Below are positions 9,323 to 16,575 of a DNA stretch of 64,000 bases, in pieces (the stretch's first letter is position 1; each line of letters opens with the position of its first letter). The translations under genes were made by a program, and so were the position numbers. A model generated the notes under the pieces. That model had not been told where the DNA came from, did not search any database, and saw only the letters and a program-made list of their open reading frames with translations. The stretch is from NCBI GenBank assembly GCA_030613505.1, contig JAUWLW010000002.1, positions 16,925 to 80,924 of the forward strand. The letters are read 5' to 3'. The DNA comes from Candidatus Zixiibacteriota bacterium. Its GTDB lineage: Bacteria > RBG-13-66-14 > B26-G2 > WVWN01.

Positions 9323-10600
9323 TTACGAGCTCACTTGCTCGAGGAGCGCCTCGACGCGCGTTTTGAGCTGTCCCACGTCGCCGTCGGAGTAGTCGGTCTC
9401 CAGAGCGAGCATCGGGATGCCGAGGTCGTCGGTGAACTTCTTGACGTTACCTTGTTCGACGAGGTACGGTGTGCAGAACGACAGCGTCGCGTGTATTATA
9501 CCCTGGGCGCGGGAATTTTTGTACAGGTAATCGATGTCCTCGAGCCGTTGCTCGTTGGGCGTAAAGCAAGCGCAGTTGATCCCCATGTAGTGGTCGAGCA
9601 ACGCCTCCTTCATCTCCTTCAGCGTCTTGGCGTCCTCGGCGACCGTATTCTTGTAATAACGGAAGCCGGTGCACATCTCCTCGGCGACGACAGCGGCGCC
9701 GGAGGTTTCGACGACCTGGTGGACCTTCCAGTTGGGGATGGCCATCGGCGTCCCGGAGATCATTAGGCGGGGCGTCCCCTTGTCGAAGACGCCCTCGCCG
9801 ACGGCGACCCGTTTCTCGAGCTCGTCCGCGACCTCGTTGGTCTTTTGCGTGAAGCGGTCCATGTCGTCGTAGAAAGATATTTGCATAATGAGCAACGCGT
9901 CCTTACCAGAGATGGGAGCCGGGTCGTTCCAGCGGAGCTCGTGCACCCGCCTTATGGCGCGGCGTTTAGCGTTGACCTTTTTGACGGCCGCGGCGAGGTT
10001 TTCCTCGGTGAGCTTATTGCCCGTAGTCTTCTCCATGGCGGCGATGAAGTCGTCGAGTTCGGCGCGCCACAGCTCGCGGTCCGCGGGGCCCTTTTTGTTG
10101 GGTACTTCCATCACGTATACGGGATGGATCTTGCCGAGCAGCTCGTACGCTTTCTTCTTGCCGTCGCACGTCGTCTCGCCCACCACGACGTCGGCGGACT
10201 CGAAGTAGGGGCAGATCTTACCGAGCTTGAAGCCGTAGAACGACTTGATGAGCGGGCACAGGTTGCGCGGTAGCTCGGCCTCGGCTATGGGAACCGAGAA
10301 GTCCGCGCCGGCGCATAGCCCAACGGCGACGCCGTCCAACGCGACGATGACCTCCTCCGGCACGAACAGGCAGAACGTCCCGACCACCGTGCCGCCCTTC
10401 TCTTTATGGTCCAGGAGTTCCTTGATGCGGAGGCCGTGGACTTGCGAGATTACGAAGTCGTAGTACGCCATAGTTTCGGGGCGGTTGGGTTGGTCCGTGA
10501 ACCACTCTAAGTAGAGTGACCCCAGCGCGCCCATAAGTACGTCGTGCTTTTCCAAGTCGAGCCCCAGGTCTTTCCACATGTCGGTCCAGTCTTCGGCCAT
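9323..10600 (-). CDS. double-cubane-cluster-type reductase / 2-hydroxyacyl-CoA dehydratase family
   Basis: ATG 10600 with AGGAGG RBS; GTFCLFVPEE, GLCAG, RNLCPLIKS, CPYF, GETTCDGKKK, EEMCTG, CACFTPN, FCTPY, ETDYS; Cys-rich single-subunit type with adjacent activator. Confidence 0.85.
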   Translation of the reverse strand: MAEDWTDMWKDLGLDLEKHDVLMGALGSLYLEWFTDQPNRPETMAYYDFVISQVHGLRIKELLDHKEKGGTVVGTFCLFVPEEVIVALDGVAVGLCAGADFSVPIAEAELPRNLCPLIKSFYGFKLGKICPYFESADVVVGETTCDGKKKAYELLGKIHPVYVMEVPNKKGPADRELWRAELDDFIAAMEKTTGNKLTEENLAAAVKKVNAKRRAIRRVHELRWNDPAPISGKDALLIMQISFYDDMDRFTQKTNEVADELEKRVAVGEGVFDKGTPRLMISGTPMAIPNWKVHQVVETSGAAVVAEEMCTGFRYYKNTVAEDAKTLKEMKEALLDHYMGINCACFTPNEQRLEDIDYLYKNSRAQGIIHATLSFCTPYLVEQGNVKKFTDDLGIPMLALETDYSDGDVGQLKTRVEALLEQVSS

Positions 10601-10616
10601 GATCGTCCTCCTATAT

Positions 10617-10651
10617 AAAAAACCAGCGTCCTTTTCCAACGGCGACGCTGG
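10617..10651 (-). terminator. intrinsic terminator in 5' leader of the reductase gene
   Basis: CCAGCGTC-N13-GACGCTGG-TTTTTT immediately before the AGGAGG RBS. Confidence 0.7.
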
Positions 10652-10659
10652 GCGAACAT

Positions 10660-10835
10660 GGCCGAACGCGGTTCGGCACGTACGGGTGTTATGGATTACG
10701 CAACGCCCACGCGTCGTCTCCGTTTAAACGTCGTTGCGGACCCGAACCGGGTCTCGCGGCGCTTTTCGCGCCTCGTACCTCACGTTTTCCAGAACGCGTG
10801 GGCCTTCACGAAGATCACCACCTTGAAAGAAATTT
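10660..10835 (-). ncRNA. structured leader RNA or ncRNA of unknown class
   Basis: 10-bp stem 10705-10714/10794-10803 enclosing further stems and hairpins; lies between promoter and terminator. Confidence 0.5.
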
Positions 10836-10843
10836 AGTACGGA

Positions 10844-10872
10844 ATCCTAAAAGAAATATCGGCGTTTGTCAA
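10844..10872 (-). promoter_or_regulatory. sigma70-type promoter
   Basis: TTGACA-N17-TAGGAT on minus strand. Confidence 0.65.
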
Positions 10873-11093
10873 TAAAAAAGGGTACCGGGGCGGCGGCCGC
10901 GCGGTTGTCAGGCCGCAGCCGCGTGACGTTTGAAGCAGCCGGGCACGCCGGAATGAGCGCGAGAAAACGGCGAAATATTATAGATGACCAATTGCGTTAC
11001 ATAAGGATATTTAATGCTTGACATGGTAAACGTGCTGTGTTAATTAATTACCAAAGTAATAGAAATGAAAATAACTTATAAGGAGGCAGCGCG

Positions 11094-11711
11094 ATGAGGA
11101 TTTTAGGGATCATATCTTTATGTGCTTTAGCTGCCGGCGCCGCGTTCGCGGGTTCCGTTACGGTCGGTAGCCCGAGCATAACGGCCGCGTACCCGTTCCG
11201 GGGGTGTTGAGGCGTCGATTCCGTACGGAGCCAGGACCTGGTTCTGAGCACTGACGCCGTCCCGGCGGGGACCGTTGTGAAGTGGGAGTGGTTCGCCAGC
11301 TCGACGGTAAGTGCCGGTACTTTCAACAATTTTAGCCTTAAACTCTGCCACACCAATAAGACGGCGCTCACGACCGATTTCACCGGCAACTACGGCGGCA
11401 ACACGCCGGTACAGGTCTATTACAAGAGCTCCGAGTACATCGCCGCCACGCCGAACACCTGGTTCGGCTTCGCGTTCGCTACCGGTTTCAACTACAACGG
11501 CAAAGACAACCTGATCGTCGAGGTCGAGTGGAGCGGCGACTCCGGCGGCTACGCGTACAACTACTGGAGCTCGGCCACCGCGCGATGCATGTACAAGTAC
11601 AACAGTTACTCGCCGCGGGTATATAATTACCTGCATTACATGCGTATTACGACCGGGTATTTGGGCGTTACGCCGACGTCGCTGGGACGCGTGAAGTCGT
11701 TGTACCACTAA
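11094..11711 (+). CDS. secreted paralog C, putative selenoprotein (in-frame TGA 11208-11210, motif YPFRGC*GV), 205 aa
   Basis: AAGGAGG RBS, signal peptide MRILGIISLCALAAGAAFA, in frame with ORF 11277..11711; C-term VTPTSLGRVKSLYH. Confidence 0.88.
11226..11246 (+). promoter_or_regulatory. SECIS-like hairpin of paralog C
   Basis: CGGAGCCAG-GAC-CTGGTTCTG, +16 to +36 after TGA. Confidence 0.75.
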
Positions 11712-11733
11712 TTTTCGACCATCCTCGGAAACG

Positions 11734-11762
11734 AAAAGGCCGGCCGCGAGGCCGGCTTTTTT
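11734..11762 (+). terminator. intrinsic terminator
   Basis: GGCCGGCC-gcga-GGCCGGCT followed by T-run. Confidence 0.8.
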
Positions 11763-11811
11763 CGTAGCGTCGCCGCCCGAGGCTGCGTTTCCCCCTTAAA
11801 GGCGTTTTTGC

Positions 11812-11840
11812 TTGACAACCGGCGGCTTACCGTTTAAAAT
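11812..11840 (+). promoter_or_regulatory. sigma70-type promoter of paralog D
   Basis: TTGACA-N17-TAAAAT. Confidence 0.7.
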
Positions 11841-11906
11841 ATTATAAGGAGAAAGGTTTTACTCAGCACATAAATATTCCGGCTATATAATTTAGGAGGT
11901 ACCGTG

Positions 11907-12521
11907 ATGAGAGTATTAGTCGTCGGTTGTCTGTGCGCTATGGCGGTGGGCGCGGCGTTCGCGGACCACTTCGTCATCGGCAGCAAGGGCAGTATGGCGT
12001 ACTACCCGTGGCGGGGCTGTTGAGGCGTCGACTCGGCACGGAGCCAGGACCTGGTTCTTAGTACGGACGCCATCCCGGGCGGCACCATCGAGAAATGGGA
12101 GTGGTGCTGTTATTCCAGCGACCCGGGGACGTACAACAACCTCTCCGTTAAGTTGTGTCACACCAAGGTCACCAAGCTCGTGACCAACTTCGCCGCCAAC
12201 TTCGACGGCAACACGCCCCTCGAGGTATTTAAGAAGAGCTCCTACTACCTCAGCGGCAGCGCCGGTAACTGGTTCGGCTTCGCCTTCGATAAGAAATTCG
12301 AGTACAACGGCAAGGATAACCTGGTCGTCGACGTCTCCTGGAACGGCGACAGCGGCGGCACCTGCTACACCTATTGGAGCCCGGGGACGGCCCGCTGCGT
12401 CTACAACTATAACGGCGGTACGGTGTATTTGACCAACTACGTGCACTACATGCGCATTACGCTCGAGCCGAACGCCGTCGCGCCGACGTCGCTCGGTCGC
12501 GTCAAGTCGTTTTATAGGTAG
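11907..12521 (+). CDS. secreted paralog D, putative selenoprotein (in-frame TGA 12021-12023, motif YPWRGC*GV), 204 aa
   Basis: AGGAGG RBS, signal peptide MRVLVVGCLCAMAVGAAFA, in frame with ORF 12153..12521; C-term VAPTSLGRVKSFYR. Confidence 0.88.
12039..12059 (+). promoter_or_regulatory. SECIS-like hairpin of paralog D
   Basis: cGGAGCCAG-GAC-CTGGTTCTt, +16 to +36 after TGA. Confidence 0.72.
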
Positions 12522-12545
12522 GTTTTCGCGGGCGTGGCGAAAAGA

Positions 12546-12571
12546 ACGGGGCCCGGCGGGCCCCGTTTTTT
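12546..12571 (+). terminator. intrinsic terminator
   Basis: ACGGGGCCC-ggc-GGGCCCCGT followed by T-run. Confidence 0.8.
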
Positions 12572-12688
12572 ATTCCGGCATGGCCGGTATTTCGCCGGCC
12601 GAGAGGGGTTGCGATTGATTTTATAGGATAAATTTGGTAAACTTTAGCGCGCGCGCGGGTAAGCCGTTAGCGCCGCCCGAGGGGAAGT

Positions 12689-13321
12689 ATGAAGACGAAA
12701 ATTTTTGCAGCGATATGTTTCGTGACTTTGGCCGTCGGCGCCGCCTCGGCCGAAAAGGTCGTGATCGGCTACCGTACGTACATGTCATCGTTCCCGTTTT
12801 ACGGCTGTTGAAATACTCGAACGTCGCGGTGCCAGGACCTGGCGCTGAAAGAGGAAGGGCTGACGGCGGGGACCGTCACGCGGTGGGAGTGGTACGCGAG
12901 CTCGATGATTACCGTCGGCGGCTTCAAGGATTTCTGGGTCAAGTTGTGTCACACCTCGCGCGACAAGCTCGTCGCCGATTTCCAGAAGAACTACGACGGC
13001 AATAAACCGGTCCAGGTTTTCGCCGACGAAGAGCTGCGCATAAAGCCGCCGGCGTATACCTGGTTCGGCTTCGACTTCTCGCCCACGTTCGAGTACAACG
13101 GCGAGGACAACCTGATCGTCGAAGTGCACTGGAAGGAGCGGAGCGGCGCGCCGGGGGTCGTCACGTACTGGACGCCGAAGGAGGGCCGGTGCTGCATGTA
13201 CGCCGGGCCGGTGCCGTGCGCACCGGCGGTCTTCGACTTCGTACACTACATGCGGGTGACGATATCGCCCGTCGCCGTGGCGCCGACGTCGCTGGGCCGC
13301 GTCAAGGCGGTATACCGTTAA
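12689..13321 (+). CDS. secreted paralog E, putative selenoprotein (in-frame TGA 12809-12811, motif FPFYGC*NT), 210 aa
   Basis: GAGGGG RBS, signal peptide MKTKIFAAICFVTLAVGAASA, in frame with ORF 12905..13321; C-term VAPTSLGRVKAVYR. Confidence 0.87.
12827..12847 (+). promoter_or_regulatory. SECIS-like hairpin of paralog E
   Basis: CGGTGCCAG-GAC-CTGGCGCTG; compensatory changes relative to A and C. Confidence 0.75.
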
Positions 13322-13352
13322 GGCCGCGCTTAAAGGCCGGGGGCAAACCGAT

Positions 13353-14000
13353 TTGCGGACGATATTGATATTAACCGTTTGCTTCGTCGCGGCCGCCGGC
13401 GCCGACCGTATCCTGGTGGGCGACCCGGCGCAGCGCATCAACTTCCCGTACTACGGCGGCGGCGGGTACGAGGCGATGAGGTGTATGGAGGTCGTCCGCA
13501 AGACCGACGGCCTCGTCGCCGGCGAGATTAGGCGGTGGGAGTGGCAGTCCGGCGAGCTGGACCCAACGACGGGAAAGTTTTATAAGTTCAAGTTGCGGCT
13601 CTGCCACACCACGCGTGCGGACCTGGCGCCTCCCTTCAACGCCAACTACGAGGGCCGCACCCCCGCGGAAGTCTTCAACGCCGACCCCGCGACCATCTCG
13701 ACGCGGATTCGGGAGTGGTTCGGCTTCGATTGCAAGCCCGCTTTTCGGTACAACGGCTCGGACAACTTGCTGGTCGAGGTTTGGTGGGAGGGCGACGACG
13801 ACGGCGGCGGCCTTGTCTTCACCGCCGACGTGCGCGAACAACAACGCTGCCTGCTCGCCTACCGGAAGGACGGCGTCGCGGAGTACGGCTATCCCAACCA
13901 GGGCAAGGCCTTCAACTGGCTCCACTTCATGCGAATAACGCTCGAGCCCGACGCCGTGTGGCCGACGTCGCTCGGGCGCGTTAAGGCCGTCTACCGGTAA
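13353..14000 (+). CDS. secreted paralog F, TGA-free family member (FPYYGGGG), 215 aa
   Basis: Uninterrupted ORF that aligns along its whole length with the TGA-containing paralogs (WEW, LCHT, NY.G.TP, WFGF, YNG.DNL.VEVWW, HFMRIT, PTSLGRVKAVYR). Confidence 0.9.
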   Translation: MRTILILTVCFVAAAGADRILVGDPAQRINFPYYGGGGYEAMRCMEVVRKTDGLVAGEIRRWEWQSGELDPTTGKFYKFKLRLCHTTRADLAPPFNANYEGRTPAEVFNADPATISTRIREWFGFDCKPAFRYNGSDNLLVEVWWEGDDDGGGLVFTADVREQQRCLLAYRKDGVAEYGYPNQGKAFNWLHFMRITLEPDAVWPTSLGRVKAVYR

Positions 14001-14120
14001 CCGGTTCTAAGACGGCGCGGTTATACGCTATCCGCGGGACGGATTATTTTTAACTTCAACCGACCCCCGGTACGCGTGAAAGACGTACCCGTTGTCGGCG
14101 AGAAGCGGCATAAGGTCCAC

Positions 14121-14149
14121 TTGACAAGTAACGTTGATTACCTTAAAAT
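14121..14149 (+). promoter_or_regulatory. sigma70-type promoter of paralog G
   Basis: TTGACA-N17-TAAAAT. Confidence 0.7.
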
Positions 14150-14201
14150 TTTTAACGGCTCGAACGTGACGAAAAAGGGTCAAACCCAAGGGGGTTGATT
14201 T

Positions 14202-14843
14202 ATGCGAAAAGTAGTAATAACGAGTCTCGGCGTCTTGGCCGCGGGCGCGGCCCTGGCGGGCCAAGTTATGGTCGGCGGCCAAGGGACCGCCGTGAATTAC
14301 CCGTATTGCGGCAGTTGAGACAACGCTTATCGGGGCCAGGCGCTGGTCCTGAAAACGGACGCCGTTCCCGCGGGCGATATTACCAAGTGGGAGTGGTACG
14401 CTTCCCAGAACCAACGGCCGGGCGATTTCAATAAATTCAGCCTTAAACTTTGCCACACCTCCCTGACGACCCTCACCGATACCTACACCAAGAATTACGA
14501 CGGCAAGACGCCGGTCCAGGTTTACTACCGCGACCCGGTGCGCATCGCCGCTACGCCTTTCCAGTGGTTCGGCTTCGCATTCGACAAGGCGTTCGCGTAC
14601 AACGGCACCGACAACCTGCTCTTCGAGGTGTGGTGGGTGGGCGATAACAACGGCAACGCGTACACCTACTGGATGCCCAAGACAGGCCGGTACGTGTATT
14701 CGTATATCAAGGGGTCGACGCCTTATAACGGGTACCCCGACAAGGGGCTAGTGGTGAACTACCTTCACTACATGCGGATTACCATTTCCGCGAGCGCTGT
14801 CGAGGCATCGTCGCTGGGTCGCGTCAGGGCGCTTTATCGTTAG
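14202..14843 (+). CDS. secreted paralog G, putative selenoprotein (in-frame TGA 14316-14318, motif YPYCGS*DN = CxxU), 213 aa
   Basis: AAGGGGG RBS, signal peptide MRKVVITSLGVLAAGAALA, in frame with ORF 14538..14843; C-term VEASSLGRVRALYR. Confidence 0.87.
14331..14351 (+). promoter_or_regulatory. SECIS-like hairpin of paralog G
   Basis: CGGGGCCAG-GCG-CTGGTCCTG, +13 to +33 after TGA. Confidence 0.72.
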
Positions 14844-14872
14844 GCCGGAACTTAGGTTTAACTATGAGACTC

Positions 14873-14897
14873 AAGCCGGCCTATAGGCCGGTTTTTT
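14873..14897 (+). terminator. intrinsic terminator
   Basis: GCCGGCC-tata-GGCCGGT followed by T-run. Confidence 0.78.
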
Positions 14898-14922
14898 CTC
14901 GCGGTAGCGCCGATATATCCGC

Positions 14923-14951
14923 TTGACACGCGCGCGAAGACGGTTTAGTAT
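14923..14951 (+). promoter_or_regulatory. sigma70-type promoter of paralogs H-I
   Basis: TTGACA-N17-TAGTAT. Confidence 0.65.
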
Positions 14952-14986
14952 GAAAGGGCCTAAGGGCAACGTCGGGAGGTCGAGCT

Positions 14987-15643
14987 ATGCTACGGAAATT
15001 GGTAATCCTCTTATGTGCGGCCGCGGCCGGCGCCTCGGCGGCGCAGTTCGTCGTCGGCAGCGCGGAGACGGCCGTCAAGGCGCCGTTCTCGGCGTGTTGA
15101 GGCATCGAGGCCTACCGGTACCAGGGCCTGGTGCTGAAGACGGACGCCATCCCCGCCGGCACGATTACGCGGTGGGAGTGGTACGCCGCGTCGGGGACGG
15201 GCAGCGTACGGCATGCTCTACTTAGCAACTTCTCCATAAAAATCTGCCACACGTCGTTCAACGCTCTCACCACGCCGTTCGCGGCCAATTATGACGGCAA
15301 TACGCCGGTGACGGTCTTCTCCGCCAACCCCGTAAGGGTCGACCCGGAGTACAATAACTGGTTCGGTTTCGACTGCAAGCCTACCTTCGCCTACAATGGG
15401 ACCGACAATTTCCTCGTCGAGACGTGGTGGGACGGCGGCAACGACGGCGGCCCCAACTGTTGGATGAAGTACGTCCTGACCTCGAGCCGGGCGTGCATCG
15501 CCTCGCGGGTGCGCGGCGTCTCCCAGCACGGCTACCCGAACGGCGGCAAGGTCGAGGGCTACAACATGTACATGCGCATAACGATGGGCGGAGCGACCGT
15601 CGGCTCGAGCTCGCTGGGCCGAGTTAAAGCGCTCTATCGGTAA
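14987..15643 (+). CDS. secreted paralog H, putative selenoprotein (in-frame TGA 15098-15100, motif APFSAC*GI), 218 aa
   Basis: GGGAGG RBS, signal peptide MLRKLVILLCAAAAGASA, in frame with ORF 15131..15643; C-term VGSSSLGRVKALYR. Confidence 0.87.
15116..15136 (+). promoter_or_regulatory. SECIS-like hairpin of paralog H
   Basis: CGGTACCAG-GGC-CTGGTGCTG, +16 to +36 after TGA. Confidence 0.75.
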
Positions 15644-15661
15644 TTCGGAGGAGGCGGTTTT

Positions 15662-16321
15662 ATGATGAGGACGACCGCGATCGCGGCGCTGTTCCTTATG
15701 GCGGTGTCCTTTGCCGGCGCGGACCTGGTAATCATAGGGAAAGGCCTCGGGGCCCCCGGCGGCTCGACGCCCTGGTCCGGCTGTTGAGGCGTGTCGGCGC
15801 GTAGGCACCAGGTATTGGTGCTCAAATCGGACGGCCTTCCCGCGGGTACGATAACCAAATGGGAGTGGAACGCCGCCCGCGATTTGCTCGCCGGCGGTTT
15901 CTACAACTTCAAACTGACGTTCTGTCATACCTCCCTTACGGCGTTAACCGACACGTACGTCAATAATTACGACGGGAAAACGCCCGTTACGGTCTACAGC
16001 CGCAACCCGGTGAACATCCCTACGGTACCGTCGAACCAGTGGTTCGGCTTCGGCTTCGATAAACCGTTCGCCTACAACGGCCGCGACAACCTCGTCGTCG
16101 AGGTATGGTGGGTAAATGACACCAACGGCGGCGGCAACACGCAGTGGAACTTCCCGGTGAACGGCCGCTGTTGCTTCTCGTATATCGTGAACGGTAACCC
16201 ACAAAGCGGTTACCCGGACAAAGGCCGCGTCTCGTACTTCATGCACTACATGCGCGCGACGGTTTCGCCCTCGGCAGTGGCGCCGACGTCCTTGGGACGC
16301 GTTAAAGCTTTGTTCGGTTAA
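15662..16321 (+). CDS. secreted paralog I, putative selenoprotein (in-frame TGA 15785-15787, motif TPWSGC*GV), 219 aa
   Basis: GGAGGAGG RBS, signal peptide MMRTTAIAALFLMAVSFAGA, in frame with ORF 15791..16321; C-term VAPTSLGRVKALFG. Confidence 0.87.
15803..15823 (+). promoter_or_regulatory. SECIS-like hairpin of paralog I
   Basis: aGGCACCAG-GTA-TTGGTGCTc, +16 to +36 after TGA. Confidence 0.72.
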
Positions 16322-16341
16322 TATTCAAAGGGATATCGACC

Positions 16342-16465
16342 GTAAGAACGACTGTATATCTTTTTACGGTCGTGCTGGGGACGGCGCCGGCCTGGGCCGT
16401 CCAGTACGTCGTCGGCGGTGGACGCCTCGTCGTTCGGCAAGGTCAAGGCGCTTTTAAATAGATAA
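16342..16465 (+). pseudogene. internally deleted remnant of a tenth paralog
   Basis: Signal-peptide-like (V)RTTVYLFTVVLGTAPAWAVQYVVG joined out of frame to C-terminal tag AVDASSFGKVKALLNR*; first codon is GTA. Confidence 0.7.
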
Positions 16466-16483
16466 CGGGTATTTAGGGAAAAT

Positions 16484-16510
16484 AAGGCCGGCCCGCGGGC
16501 CGGCTTTTTC
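16484..16510 (+). terminator. intrinsic terminator
   Basis: GGCCGGCCC-gc-GGGCCGGCT followed by T-run. Confidence 0.75.
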
Positions 16511-16540
16511 TTTTGGAGGCGGTTATATATTTAAAATCCC

Positions 16541-16569
16541 TTGACGGCGATTGCCGGTTATTATAGTAT
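16541..16569 (+). promoter_or_regulatory. sigma70-type promoter of surE-secF
   Basis: TTGACG-N17-TAGTAT. Confidence 0.6.
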
Positions 16570-16575
16570 ACGCTT

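Noticed and set aside
477-16321. Genome-wide reassignment of TGA (code 4 Trp or code 25 Gly) as the explanation for the in-frame TGAs
   Set aside because: TGA terminates many genes at their expected ends (cbiQ 2623, cbiM 3588, nikR 5048, cheW 23754, ftsE 42630, and paralog A itself at 477 right after the conserved tag). No internal TGA appears in the long housekeeping genes.
477-16321. Paralogs are pseudogenes sharing an inherited nonsense mutation
   Set aside because: The eight copies are strongly diverged yet have no other stop or frameshift, and they keep RBSs, signal peptides, promoters and a co-varying hairpin.
11094-16321. Diversity-generating retroelement or CRISPR-like repeat array
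   Set aside because: No reverse transcriptase, no near-identical TR/VR pair with adenine-specific differences, and no regularly spaced direct repeats; the similarity is ordinary protein paralogy.
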